From positions 2,914,001 through 2,978,000 of the forward strand of contig JAWMAR010000152.1 of the NCBI GenBank assembly GCA_036785375.1: DNA of 64,000 nt, written 5' to 3'. Made by a program: the position numbers and the translations under genes. Below are positions 1-13,327 of this stretch, in pieces (position 1 is the first letter of the stretch; every line of letters starts with the position of its first letter). The notes under the pieces were generated by a model, which worked only from the letters and a program-made list of their open reading frames with translations, was not told the origin of the DNA and did no database searches. This DNA is from Leucoraja ocellata. Its lineage: Eukaryota.

Positions 1-352
1 AGAGCTTCACACAGATTCTGTAAGGCATTTACTTGACACTTAGCAAGTAGCATCTTCTGGAATGTTGCCAAACATGCAAGTTTTTGACAAGATCAACCTG
101 AACCACAGAAAGGCAATCTTAAGATTTTAAAGGAGCGTGCCAAAATGTACAACTATTGCCCTTTTGCAAAGTCGAGAAACCACAAATGACTGCAAAGAGG
201 CAGATGCTCAGATCTAAACTTCTCGTCTTCTATTTTTAAGTTGTATTATTTTGAATTGATATACTTAAATTTCAGTGTTATATTTAAAAGAAAATTCTAA
301 ACAGCAAGATTTCAAACTGCCACACAGTTCACTAATAAAGCCAAACACTTAC

Positions 353-416
353 TTACGAACCCCTGGACAAAGGTTGGTGGATTTGGCCGAGTCTGCACCT
401 GTTCACTATTAGTTTC
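353..416 (-). CDS. KMT2D: KMT2D exon (64 nt)
   Basis: ETNSEQVQTRPNPPTFVQGFV(N); two overlapping GTAAGT donors, the phase-1 one chosen by analogy with human. Confidence 0.88.
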
Positions 417-1144
417 CTGTTGGGAAAATGGAAACCCTAATCATTAGTGGATTTGGACTTGTGCAGAACCAGATCTACGCATTTTGATGATTTCCGAATA
501 AATTAATACTGAACTTTTGAAATGGGAAACAAACAAAAACCAGGTGAAGCCAAGTGAACACAAGCAATAAGGAATGCAAAAGGAAGTATCAACTCCCTTT
601 ATACCTTTAAAATGTAAATATGCTCAGGAGTGAATCAAGTTACATAATTTCAACAACATTGCTATTTTTTAGTATGCAGGTGGAATGACACATTTTAAAC
701 TTCAATTAAATTAATTAGTTTTGAAAACTAATGACAAGTTTTGTTAAAACCCTGAATCAATGTGATTTCAGATGCTGGACCTTTACCAATGCTTATCTGG
801 TAATTCCCAAGTGCCTTGCAATTATTTTTTGCTGAACCTTAGCTGAGGGAAGGGCAATGGGCAAGGTAATGATTGCTGGGGATAAAAGAACCCAAAGGAA
901 TAAAAGCATACACATCATATTTTAGCTGAACAAAACAAAATACAATCCTCTTACCAACACCCCCCAAAACACCTTTGAGGATGAGAATTCTTTTACGGTA
1001 CATTGCACTCCTTGCTCGAAAAAATGTGAACAGCTATTTTTCTTATTTTATTTTTCTTTTATTGCTTATTCTTTTCCTGTACTCAACGCATGACTAAGAA
1101 TATTAAAAAAGTGATGAGCGAGTTTTTAAAGAGAGGTGACATAC

Positions 1145-1232
1145 CTGACTGTTTCCAGGTGGCAATTTAGTCTGGGCCTCATTTGCTCCTGGAGCTCCAG
1201 CCAACCTCTGCGCTAATAATGAAACTTGCTGC
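1145..1232 (-). CDS. KMT2D: KMT2D exon (88 nt)
   Basis: QQVSLLAQRLAGAPGANEAQTKLPPGNSQ. Confidence 0.93.
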
Positions 1233-1429
1233 CTAAGCAACCATAAAAATTGATTAACTGTGAATATTGCAAAGTGACTTTTTAAAAATTCAATATTCTT
1301 TAAGCTTAAATCCGATTTTCACTGAAACATAAATCGAATTCTGGATTACGAAATAAAATATTTCCATTTGTATTAAATCTGCCTAATCCTATTTTTTATT
1401 ATTCTGCACAAAATCAAATTAAAACCTAC

Positions 1430-1553
1430 CTATTCATCCCTGGTGCTACAGTGATGTTTCCTTGGGCCATAACCTTTTTAATTCCCTTCAACGCCACCAT
1501 CTTTGCTTTGGCAATGGGATCCATGATATCATCGGCTGCAAATTTATCCAAAT
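1430..1553 (-). CDS. KMT2D: KMT2D exon (124 nt)
   Basis: DLDKFAADDIMDPIAKAKMVALKGIKKVMAQGNITVAPGMN(R). Confidence 0.96.
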
Positions 1554-2589
1554 CTACAAAGAAAGAGATTCTGGTAAAACCGTTCAAAATGTAGGTTGTT
1601 TAGAACTTTAACATTTCAATTTCAAAAATATTCCTTCACATCATCATCCCAGTCATTCATTGGTAAACATTTCCAAAAGATAACTAATAATGTGGAACAT
1701 TTTAAAATCATATCTTTCAAAGCAGTTCACCGTTTTGTACAGATAGTACTAAATAAATTACCAGTCAAAAGCTCGTTAAACAAATAATGGGGGTGAAGGG
1801 AGAGGACAGGGTTGTAGTTGTTTCATGTGAACCTTGGTGTTTTGCATATGCTGTATTTTTTAAAAGGGAACACAATTATAACTGGGTTGGGAATGACATG
1901 ATTCAATTCAAATTTAGCCCAAGTTTCAACTTGTGCAACTGAGAAGTAATTGTCAGACTTTGTATAACCTGCTCAAATTATGTATCTACTGGATGTGTCT
2001 TTGGCAAATCATTTTAAATATCAGATTTCCCACTTCAGGAATTAATCCTGGAGTCATCAAGCACATTTAAATACTGTTATGTTTGCTGATGGTCAAAATC
2101 TTTTCAAACTGTGCAACACACCAAGTTAAAACATGGGTCCCCATGTCCATTTCCCATTGTGGAGGATTCACAATAATTTCCAACTGAATTGATGTTTGGC
2201 AATATGTGAAAAAGCATGTAGCTGCCCTGCAACAGAGATAAATAACTGCTGATATGGTTCGATTCCAAATAGATGTGATAAGAACAAAGCCTACAAGACT
2301 GAAAGAAGTGAGAGAGGAGGTGGTCAAAGTAAATTACCTACCTGGTAGAGAATCTTCACTGTTCCATTGGTGTTCATCCTTCACATACTGTAGGAGTAAA
2401 GCCTAACTTGGTAGTATGAGGAAACCATGCCTGGCAATCACATGAGAATGTTGTCCTGGTGTTGCAGGTAGGTGATGCTGCAGATATTTCCTTCCACATT
2501 GTATAATACAATCCTAAAACTTGTACAACTGCACCAATTCATCTAAATCTGAAGTTAACTGAAACTAGTTAACCAGAATGTTTAGCACA

Positions 2590-2785
2590 AGTAGAAAATA
2601 CAAGGGTTACATCCCAGGTCAAGCAGCATCTGTGGAGAGAGAAAGTGTGGCTTTTCCAGTGACTGACCTGAAACATTCATTGTTTTGCTCTCTCTGCAGA
2701 TGCTGCTTGATCTGCAGTGTTATGCCCAGCATTTTGTTCTTCTAAATATCAGATTTTTTGCACCTTCAGCATTTTTATTTTTCAA
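2590..2785. mobile_element. Old Penelope-derived inverted repeat (similar remnants near 10290-10380, 22735-22880, 38080-38200)
   Basis: CAAGCAGCATCTGTGGAGAGAG ... CTCTCTGCAGATGCTGCTTG. Confidence 0.6.
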
Positions 2786-2919
2786 TAATCAAAAAATGAA
2801 TTCCTATTCCACTACTTTCCTGCATAGATGAAGGTGAATACACAAATAATGAAAATTGTCCACTGGACAAGGCCAACTATCATCTTCATAGACATTCCTT
2901 CAAAGAACATTAAAGCATA

Positions 2920-3087
2920 GGTACACAAAAATGCTGGAGAAACTCAGCGGGTGCAGCAGCATCTATGGAGCGAAGGAAATAGGCAACGTTGCCCATCTCC
3001 TTCACTCCATAGATGCTGCTGCACCCGCTGAGTTTCTCCAGCATTTTTGTGTACCTTCGATTTTCCAGCATCTGCAGTTCCTTCTTA
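2920..3087. mobile_element. Penelope-derived hairpin insertion with 14-bp TSD
   Basis: ~140-bp inverted repeat centred on GGCAACGTTGCC; AACATTAAAGCATA at 2906-2919 and 3088-3101. Confidence 0.85.
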
Positions 3088-4166
3088 AACATTAAAGCAT
3101 ACCTATGTGATGGTGATTTAGGATGGGGGGAAAAAAGCCTCTGCATAAAGAATCACAACACAAACTGTTGATAGCAATTTGCAAAAGCTGCTGCCACTGT
3201 TGCTATTTAAATGTGGTCATATTTAGTAAATTTGTAATTCCTGGAAGTGGTATTTTGGACTTGACTTGCTCTATTTGAAACCTGATTGAGAAATGCCCAT
3301 GAATCAGCCATAAAACACAAACTAACACTATAACTTGCAACCTATCATTCTGCCAAACAAGATCATCCAACACGTTTTCATTTTCCTCAAATATTCCAGT
3401 TATTTTCACATATAAATTACTGACACCTATATAATAGAAAACAGCAGGGGTTTTTTTTTGCATACAGCAGTAAGCTAAAAACACCATTGATAAATGATGT
3501 TATTCTCTTTTTTGGCAGATATGAAGAAGAAACGCTCATTATCAGATTAACCAGATCTTTTAACAATGAACTCAAACATCCATTTCACTATTCTGTTCCG
3601 TTATTCATTGTTATTTGTTTTCACAGTTCATCAATGTGAACTGAAGTAATCACCAACAATGCCAATTTAAATGCAAGGAAGAAACCCGTGCACTAAAAAT
3701 ATTTCTGGTGATAGATAGAAGGATAAATCCATCGAATGTAACTCAGTGAAAGCCTAATTTTAAACAAGTCTCACAACACTAATGGACTCATCAGTTCTGG
3801 TAAAGTTTCACTGCACTTTTTGATCAGTTTGCCCAAAACTGTACACAATGTTCTAATTGTTGCCTTAAGATGCTGTCCAGTTCAACGTTTTAACTCGTCT
3901 TTGTATTCTTTTCCTAAGATTTGAAAAAAATCAAGTATTTAATTTGTCCTTTTCTAAAATCAAAATTGCCACATCTTATGGTCCATCGCCAACTTGAATA
4001 GTTTTGTATAGCTGTATATACAAAACTGTATATTGTATATACAAAAGCTGTATATCGAAATCACTTTGTTCCTTTCACTTATCTAAAATGTTGTATTTTC
4101 AGTTAACTATTCTTATTATCAGTCTATTATTTAATAATTTCCCATTTTGAGATGCAAATCATCTAA

Positions 4167-4593
4167 AGGGCCTGTCCCACTTAAGCTATTTTTAGGCGAG
4201 TGCCATAGTCGTAGCAGGTCACCGAAAACCCGGCGACTGGACACCCCTTTGACATAAAATTTGAAATAGAATCATTACTTTAACAACAAAAAAAACCAAA
4301 GTCAGCACCAGCGACAACCTACATTAACTTGGTGACAACCTCCGTTAACCTGGCGACAACTACAACAGCACCTACGTCAGGAGAAGTCAAGCTACGCTCA
4401 TTGGCGTCAAACCCACTGTCACCGACTGTCTCTGAAAAATTTTCAACATGCTGAAAATCCAGCGGTGACCAGAAAGACGCTACGACTCTTTGGGCGACTG
4501 AGGAGACGACTCACGACCATACAGGCGACACCCCCGGTCACCATGTGGCAACAGCCTAGTTGCCTAAAACATAGCCTAAGTGGGACAGGCCCT
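4167..4593. mobile_element. PIF/Harbinger-type MITE
   Basis: TAA|AGGGCCTGTCCCACTTA ... TAAGTGGGACAGGCCCT|TAA; imperfect TIR extends ~30 bp; 3-bp TAA TSD. Confidence 0.88.
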
Positions 4594-5169
4594 TAAGACT
4601 TTCATCAAGTCAAAAACAAAACACTCAGAAATTCCTTTAAATACAAATACATGATCTGGAATGCACAATTGGAAAATATGATTAAAAGGAATTCAACTGA
4701 ATCTCAGTGGATATGTATTTTTAAATGCAACATTTGCGGGGATACAGGGAGTGAATAGGAGAGTAGCATTCCATCTCCCAAAGAGACACTTGAGATTATA
4801 CGGGCAAAAATGCTTCTTCTTGTGCTCGATGACACAAAGGGCAGCCTCTTTTTTAAGGGTGTGGTGGGCATTGGGACTGTCCATTAATTTGAAGATGTTC
4901 TTGAGAGTTGCGACGCTCTGTTGATCCAATCCATCCGAGGTGAGATTGAGGGTTGGCCACCGGATTCTTTGCAAAAAATACTGTACAAAAACATTATTAA
5001 CTTTTCCCATTGCCTTTTGTCATTCTTTCCTTTCTCAATATCCTGTGGCATGGATAAATAAATGGTGACGGAGAAGCATCAGAACAATTGGTAATGGGTT
5101 CAGAAAAATGCAGTGTACAGCTTACCCAAATAAATGCAGTCAACCAGATTACTTATGCCAGCAGTCAAA

Positions 5170-5530
5170 ATAAACTCATATCCTTGGCTGTCATGACCTG
5201 GGAGATTAGAAGTCTCATGGACAACAAAAGATCAGAAAGAGAAACTGCTCTTACTGTTAAGGAATTATCCAAACAGAGCACCAATTTCACATAATCACCA
5301 AGTCAAGACTTTCTGATGAAAAACACAACACTACATATTTCTCCTGGAAGGGCAAATCGGGTAATGATCATTAAACGCTTCATGCGAGTTACTATTAACA
5401 CCTTTGCACGTTATTCGTTCAGCACAAAGCTTGGTGGCATCAACAAAAGGTTTTTGACTCCACACTTCACAATCTTGTATACAGCTTGCTTCAGCGGCCA
5501 GAGGTTGCCAACTGCTTCAGAAGGGCATCC
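5170..5530 (+). mobile_element. Possible RTE-clade endonuclease fragment
   Basis: TWEIRSLMDNKRSERETAL..KEL resembles the RTE APE N-terminus (WNVRTL..ERRTAL..EL). Confidence 0.45.
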
Positions 5531-5544
5531 ATGACCAAGAGGAG

Positions 5545-6005
5545 CATAATAACCTGCCTTACAATCACCACAATGAAATGCTTCGAGATGATGGTTATGG
5601 CGCTAATTAATTCCTGCCTCAGAAATGACCTGGCTCACTTTCAATTTGCCAATCGCTACGAGTCACAGCAAATGCTGTCTCACTGCTCTCCATTCTGCTC
5701 TGGACCATCTGGATATCAGGAACACAATGTCAAGCTGTTGTTCATCGACTGCAGCTACAGTTCAACACAATGATCCCGTTCAAACTCTATCACTAAGCTC
5801 CAAGACATGGGCCACTGTACCTCCTACTGCAACTGGATCCACATCTGCAGACCTCAATCAGTGCGCATTGGAAGCAACCTCACCTCCGCCTTCCTAACAA
5901 AGGTACACCTGTGTGTACTCAGCCCCCTGCTCTAATCTCTTCACACCCATGACCGTGTGGCTAAGAACAACTCCAATGCCATCTACAAATTTACTGACGG
6001 CAATA
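5545..6005 (+). mobile_element. Rex1/Babar-type LINE RT fragment
   Basis: LTITTMKCFE..QFA, ALHSALDHLD, VKLLFID.S, GC-like VLSPLL, KFTD across frameshifts. Confidence 0.7.
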
Positions 6006-6624
6006 AACTCAACTTGACGGCATACATGTGATGTAACAATGAACACAACAAAAAGGTCAAGAGAAACTGCCACTCTGAATTATCAAAATTATCTTTACAG
6101 GGAATTTCAGCATATGATTGGCTAAGGTGTACTTCAAGTTGGGACAGCCACCTGTTTTGCTTCAGTAAATATGCTAAACATATTGATCACACACGTACTT
6201 GGGCAAAATGATAGAAATAATGGCATATGCAAGATGAAAGGACTGAGAGTTTTTGGACTGCAACTTTTGATCGGAATCACAGAATGCTCCAATTGGTAGG
6301 GTCCCAAGTGGCAAACTGAACTATTGGACTACTCCCAAAAATGCCAGAACAAACTTATCTTCTATTTAAACAAGCCTTACAAATACCAGACAGGGAGGAA
6401 ATAAAGTTAAAAACATGGCAAAGCCGAGGTTGCAAAAAGGGAGCATCATTAAACTCACCTGAACAAGACATGATGATAGGTGAGAAATTAGCAAAGGTAC
6501 TTTGATGTCAGTTTGCCAGCAAACTATGCAATTTTCCAGAAACAAAAAGCGCAGAACTAACATTTAATGTAATTGGAAACCAAATAGTCCATATCCCTGA
6601 CAGCCAAAATCTCCAATTTCTAGA

Positions 6625-6930
6625 GTGTCGCTGGACGAAACAGGCCCTGTAGCCCACCAAGTCCATCTCAACTATCAAACCCATACACCAATGCTATATT
6701 ACTCCAATTTTATTCTCCCCACATTCCCATCAACTTCAAGATTCGACCACTCACCAATATGCTTGGAGCAATTTACAGCAGCCAATTAAACTACCAATTG
6801 GCACATCTTTGGAATGTGGGAGGAAACACATGCAGTCACAGGAAGAACATGTCAACTCCACAGAGAAAGCATCAGAGATCAGGATCAGTGTTGCTGTAAG
6901 TGCGAGTCGGTGGCTCTGCTCATCCCATTG
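6625..6930 (-). mobile_element. V-SINE (HE1-like), older; another remnant near 10555-10790
   Basis: AAACAGGCCC..CTTTGGAATGTGGGAGGAAAC..CAACTCCACAGAG. Confidence 0.75.
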
Positions 6931-8066
6931 GCACAACTACTGAATGGAGGTAAAGAAAATTCTAAAATATTCTCTGAACCTCCATCTTTAATATAGGAAT
7001 TGTGATTAATAAGACCACCTTTATAACTGCCTCAATAAATTCAAGTTAGTCAGGCATGATCTTTCTTTAATAAATCTATGCTGACTGCAGGTGGTTTAGA
7101 CTCTCAGAAATTCTTCCAATAACGCATCAGCTGTTCGAATAACTGTCCTAATTAAAAGAGGTGCACCTCGTTCTACAATTTTTGAACAAGAGTTTGGTTC
7201 ATTGAGAAGGAACAGAATTTTAAAAACCCAATCAATTGTGAGCATTAAACATTTGCTAATTGGCAGAAAAGTCCTAATCAATTGATAGAGACAGAATACT
7301 ACTAACAAAAACAATTCCAGCATGAATTGCATTTAACAAAAAATTGGTAAAGTATTTAGAAAGCCAAGACTAAGATGATCACGAGATGAGAATTATACAG
7401 TACGTTGAAGTTAGCCGTGTGTCCTATGTGCCATGTTTTAACAGATCAGCACCCAAGGAATTTCAAACAGTAATCAAGTAGAAACATAATAAATCTGTGG
7501 TGCTTAACACAAGATGAATCGCCTGTCCCACTTCAGCAAGTATCCTGAATTTGACAATCTCCGACCTGGTGCAGAAATTCAAAGGCCAAGGTATCAGAAG
7601 AAATGATGTTACAATTCCCTTGATCTCTTTTTCTTTCCCCCCTTAAACATAAAATGCTTGCCTGTCTTCTGCTATAAACGTTCCTTTTTTATTGAATGTT
7701 ATTAGAACTGTCAATGAATCAGTCAAGCGGTGCAAATGCAAAGGGAAATTATTTAGACATGACCAGGTAAAATTACAGTTGCCAGATACACACTTATCAC
7801 TACAGATTCTAAGCCAAGCTAGATGTTCATTTATCTGTATCTCAAAGGAAAAGAACCTGCCTTGTCTTAAGACTATACCAATATATCAGCAGCAGTGGCT
7901 TAATTCTGAACTTTCATAAACTAGCAAGTCACCCCAAGTCCATCTCATTCCCAGAGACCTCCTTTCCTCATTCTCCACATCCTACCAGGCTGATTTCAAA
8001 CAAGAATATTGTACAATATAGGGAAACCCCCAGACTAACAAATGTCTTTCCAATATATATCATTTA

Positions 8067-9695
8067 CAGTGCCATCCATAATGTTTGGGACAAAGACCCA
8101 TCATTTATTTATTTGCCTCTGTACTCCACAATTTGAGATTTGTAATAGAAAAAACTTCATGTGGTTAAAGTGCACATTGTCAGATTTTATTAAAGGCAAT
8201 TTTTATACATTTTCGTTTCACCATGTAGAAATTACAGCTGTGTTTATACATAGTCTCCCCCCCCCCCCCCCCCCCATATTTCAGGGCACCATAATGTTTG
8301 GGACACATGGCTTCACAGGTGTGTTTAAATGCCTCCTTAATGCAGGTATAAGAGAGCTCTCAGCACCTAGTCTCCAGTCTTTCCATCACCTTTGGAAACT
8401 TTTATTGCTGCTTATCAAAATGAGAACCAAAGTTGTGCCAATGAAAGTCAAAGAAGCCATCATGCGACTGAGAAACAAGAATAATACTGTTAGAGACATC
8501 AGCCAAACATTGGGCTTACCAAAATCAACTGTTTGGAACATCATTAAGAAGAAAGAGAGCACTGGTGAGGTGACTAATCGCAAAGGGACTGTCAGGCCAA
8601 GGAAGACCTCCACAGCTGATGACAGAAGAATTCTCTCTACATAATAAAGAAAAATCCCCAAACACTTGTCCGACAGATCGGAAACACTCGGGTGTTGATT
8701 TGTCAATGACCATTGTCCGCAGAAGACGTCATGAACAGAAATACAGAGGCTACACTGCAATATGCAAACCATTGGTTAGCCGCAAAAATAGGATGGCCTT
8801 GTTACAGTTTGCCAAGAAGTACTTAAAAGAGCAACCACAGTTCTGGAAAAAAGTCTTGTGGACAGATGAGACGAAGATTAACTTATATCAGAGTGATGGC
8901 AAGAGCAAAGTATGGAGGAGAGAAGGAACTGCCCAAGATCCAAAGCATACCACCTCATCTGTGGGGTATGGTGGTGGGGGTGTTATGGCCTGGGCATGTA
9001 TGGCTACTGAAGGTACTGGCTCACTTATCTTCATTGATGATACAACTGCTGATGGTAGTAGCATAATGAATTCTGAAGTGTATAGACACATCCTATCTGC
9101 TCAAGGTCAAACAAATGCCTCAAAACACATTGGCCTGCAGTTCATTCTACCGCAAGACAATGATCCCAAACATATTGCTAAAGCAACAAAGGGGTTTTTC
9201 AAAGCTAAAAAATGGTCATTTCTTGAATGGATAAGTCAATCACCCAATCTGAACCCAATTGAGCATGGTTTTTATATGCTGAAGAGAAAACTGAAGGTGA
9301 CTAGCCCCCATAAGCTAAAGATGGCTGCAATACAGGCCTGGCAGAGCATCACCAGAGAGACATCCAGCAACTGGTGATGTCCATGAATCACAGACTTCAA
9401 GCAGTTATTGCATGCAAAGGATATGCAACAAAATACTAAACATGGCTACTTTCATTTACATGACATTGCTGTGTCCCAAACGTTACGGTGCCCTGAAATG
9501 TGGGGGACTATGTATAAACACTGCTGTAATTTCTACATGGTGAAACCAAAATGTATAAAAATGGCCTTTATTAAAATTTGACCATGTGCACTTTAACCAC
9601 ATGTGATTTTTTTCTATTACAAATCTCAAATTGTGGAGTACAGAGGCAAATAAATAAATGATGGGTCTTTGTACCAAACATTATGGAGGGCACTG
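8067..9695 (+). mobile_element. Tc1-family (DD34E) DNA transposon, near full length, IR/DR-type ~230-bp TIRs
   Basis: TA|CAGTGCCATCCATAATGTTTGGGACAAAGACCC ... GGGTCTTTGTACCAAACATTATGGAGGGCACTG|CA; inner direct repeat CACCATAATGTTTGGGACA near 8287. Confidence 0.95.
8420..9439 (+). pseudogene. Tc1 transposase, frameshifted
   Basis: HTH (RDISQTLGLPKSTVWNII) and RPRKT in one frame with stop at 8642. VLWTDE, QDNDPKH and SPNLNPIEH (34 residues between D and E) lie in another frame, with a further shift near the C-terminus. Confidence 0.92.
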
Positions 9696-12600
9696 CATAT
9701 AGCCTGGTTTGACCTTTACAACTATTTACAAACTCATGGAATATGGAAAAAACCACCAGAAATATGTGCGTTGATGAAAATGAGTGTGTGTCTAATGCCC
9801 ATGTGTGCAAGAATTAATAACAGCCCAAAACATCCTCAATTACCTACAAAGTGCTTTCTTTCAAAGTAATTCACGGAAGTGGACACTGCTGAATGCTTCA
9901 CTTGTGGCCTATTTTTAATTCTGTGACATTTCAGCCGTTTGCTCTACCATTTTAAAGATCAGTTAAGAGTCAAGCACATTGTTTCGGGATAAAGTTACGT
10001 ATGGACCAGACCTGGAGGACATCGAACTATGTAGTAGCACGGTCATTAAATAACATCAAATAACTCAGAGGCATGGACTAACAATCCACATACCAGAATT
10101 TAAATCCTAGCATGGAGCTTGTGGAATTTAAAATCAATTAAAGGTGTAATTTTTTAATTTATTTTTTAAAAGAGGGACTAGGGGGAGGGGAGAGAAGCAA
10201 TACAGTTAAGCCTTAAATAATATGAATCTACTAGATTGTGGCAAAAAAAGCACCTGATCCACCAACATCCTTCAAGGGAGGAAATCTGGTAATATAAAAG
10301 CTAAAAATATTGGAAACACTCAGCTGGTCAGGCAGCACGTGGGAAAAGAAAAACAGTTATTACTTCAAGTCAAAGACTGTTGTCATCCGGACATGACTAT
10401 ATATGTTATCAGACCCATCAGGGTGGTTGACTTAAATTTCTTCGTAAGCCACTATGTTCAAACAATAAATGCTGGCCTTATCAATGATGCCTAGATCGTG
10501 AAGAATGAATAAATGAAGAACAAGATCTGCTTAACATGGCATTATAGAAAGAAATACAGAACTGACACTAGCCTTTTAGCCAAAGTAGTCCATACATAGC
10601 GTCAACTGCCATCAACACTAATCCTCAATTAATCCTATTCTGTATTCTCTCCACATTCTCAACAACTCCTCCCCCACCCCACCCTTGCACACCTCATCTA
10701 GTCTATCACTCACCTACACACTCGGGTCAATTAACCTCTCAACCACGCATCTTGTGGGAGGAAACTAGAGCTCCCTACCTCTCCTGCCTATGGACTGCAT
10801 GGGCGATCTTAGGAATAGTATCTTGAGAGCCGCCACAATCAACAACATGCTAACAGGAAATGTCTTACACTACATCTGCCACTTGTGACATCCTGCACAT
10901 TTGAGGTTTGGTACAACGCATTTATTTTTGAACAAACTACACACAGTATATGTCTACTCCCTCGCAACTGGAGCAAACTCATTCTCAAGTCCACAATGCT
11001 CACACTTTGTCTTGCGTCTGACAGTCCTGCTAACATGATAGTGCCCTAAATATTGCATGATGGTTACGGCTCCCCGGAGATGCATTTCAGAAATGATGAA
11101 TAATCTCAATGCGGCTGCAAATTCCTGCAGGACGTTCCAATGCGCATGCAGTATTCAGCAATCCATAATCATCGAGAGATGTCTAGAAATGGATTATCGT
11201 TCAGAAGCCTGTAAGCAACCCTGGGCTGCAGACAAAGAACCGCAGTTATGAATGGCTTTTTCATAGCTGCTCTATTGAGGGACGGGAGATCTCAAAGGAT
11301 TCTGCTCTTTTTCCTATGCATCCCTGTAAAACAATCCATTTTCTGTCAGCTTCTAGTTTTAATCAAATTTCCATATGTCCTATATCTGCCTTATTAATGA
11401 GAAGCTATATCCATCATAATATTAAAGGAAGTCATATTAAATGCAGGTAGCAGTTTGTGGACCAATAAATTGAACGCCATGGATTTGATATTGAGACCAG
11501 GGTTAATGATGCACCCTCTAATCAGGTTTAGCAGACACAAGGTTGCTTGGCCATGAAGTAGTTCCTGAAACTCATGAACATTTATGATAACTGCTGCATG
11601 TTTAAGAAGCAAGCATCAATACCACGATCCCCAAAGTCTGCAAATGAGAATGGTCGACTGGAAATATGATTAGCCTGATGTAGGAATCGGGGCAGATGTC
11701 CTCCCCCATTCATGAAACCGCTGAGTTAATTTTGTTTTGTTGCATTATCACGGGCATTGAGAAAGATGCAACTAACACGAGTCAGTTTGAAAACTGTATG
11801 AAGAGCATAAAGGTTCAAAATTATTGCTTCACTCATGTGTTTATCATCGATTTCTGACCACTTTCCCCCCCATAATCACAGTCAAAGAAGCACTGATGTT
11901 GCTATATAATCTAAAGAACAAGAACATTGCCATTAACCTAGTGGCAGCATTGCTGCCTGAAACTCCCAGGTCGAGCTTCAGCCTACACTCCTAATAGCAC
12001 CAGTTCAGGTTAACATCTTACACGATACCCAATATCAGAGGGAAACACCAGTCCCTCATCACAAGTTACTGAAATCCCCCCAAAAACTCCCAATGTATAT
12101 GACCAGCTGAGGCAACATGCACATTCCATAGATGAACCTTTTTTGCAAAGCATCAACTTTGAACTTTTTCACTCCAAAAGAAAACTAAAGAACATGTCGT
12201 CTTCTCGAAACAGCAGCTGAAAGGGACAACATTGTGTTTTGACTCTGTGCTAGCCCATTGAACTTAAAAAAAAAACATGCTATAAATCACCTGAACAAAC
12301 TAGAACAAAATTGTTTAACACTCTCTCATCAAACCTAGACCTGAAGTGACGCCTGTCAACATTTTTGTAGACTAGCACGTGATATGAAGAGTACAGAATA
12401 TACAATTGGGAAAGACGGAAGCAGTACGATGAAACAGTTCCGAGAAGTACACATGTTGCAAGGGAAATCGTTCGAAGCATCACCTTTCTGCAACATCACG
12501 GTAACTTTTTTTGTGAGCAAACATGACACATGGTTTCCTGAGAGCATACAAAAATAGGCAATTCTCCTATAGTATGTGGAGGAGGAGGAAGACTGAAAAA

Positions 12601-13327
12601 TGAACTGGATTGAACCAAATGAATGACTATGATTGATCTGCAATGAATCCAGAATACACACAAGCTCCACTTGTGTATTCAGTTAGTCGTAGTCATTCCA
12701 GAAGGAGAGCTCTGATAAGATGCTAATGTGTGTATTTCCCTACATTTTGCAGGTTTTCTTTTTAAATCTGTTGCCTCCATTTGTTAATGGTAATTTCTTC
12801 AAATTATTCAATGCTATCATTTTCATTCACACAATAATGTGAAATGTATTAAATAGCATTGCAAAGCCCAAAAGAATTTTGACTAGTTGGAGGTTAACAA
12901 AACAGGTTTTAAAAAGGAACACAAAAGCCCATCCTAACCTACTTTCTGCACAACAGCAATTGAAATGAAACAAGTAAACAGTCACTTGCTTTTACATAGC
13001 GCATTATCGTGTCTCTCAGAAATGTCTCAAAGCACTTCACGTACATTACTTTGAAGCACAGTGATGGTAATTGCAACAGCATTTTGCGCACCACAAGATC
13101 CCTTAAACAGCTTTGAGATCTATGATAGGTTACATTCTACTTTTGGTGCTGATTCCAAGGGGAATATTAGCCAAGACACAGTGACATGGGATTTTTACTG
13201 ACCACCTGAACAAGGAATCATGAAGACCAGAGCTTGACATTTCTATTACTAATTCAGTGCAGCCGCCACTAACAGACAACCAGAAAGAAGCCGACATTAT
13301 TTGTAACTTGCTCATTACCTACTGTAC

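Noticed and set aside
7520-7535. GCCTGTCCCACTT match to the Harbinger-type TIR
   Set aside because: Isolated 13-mer with no partner TIR or TSD
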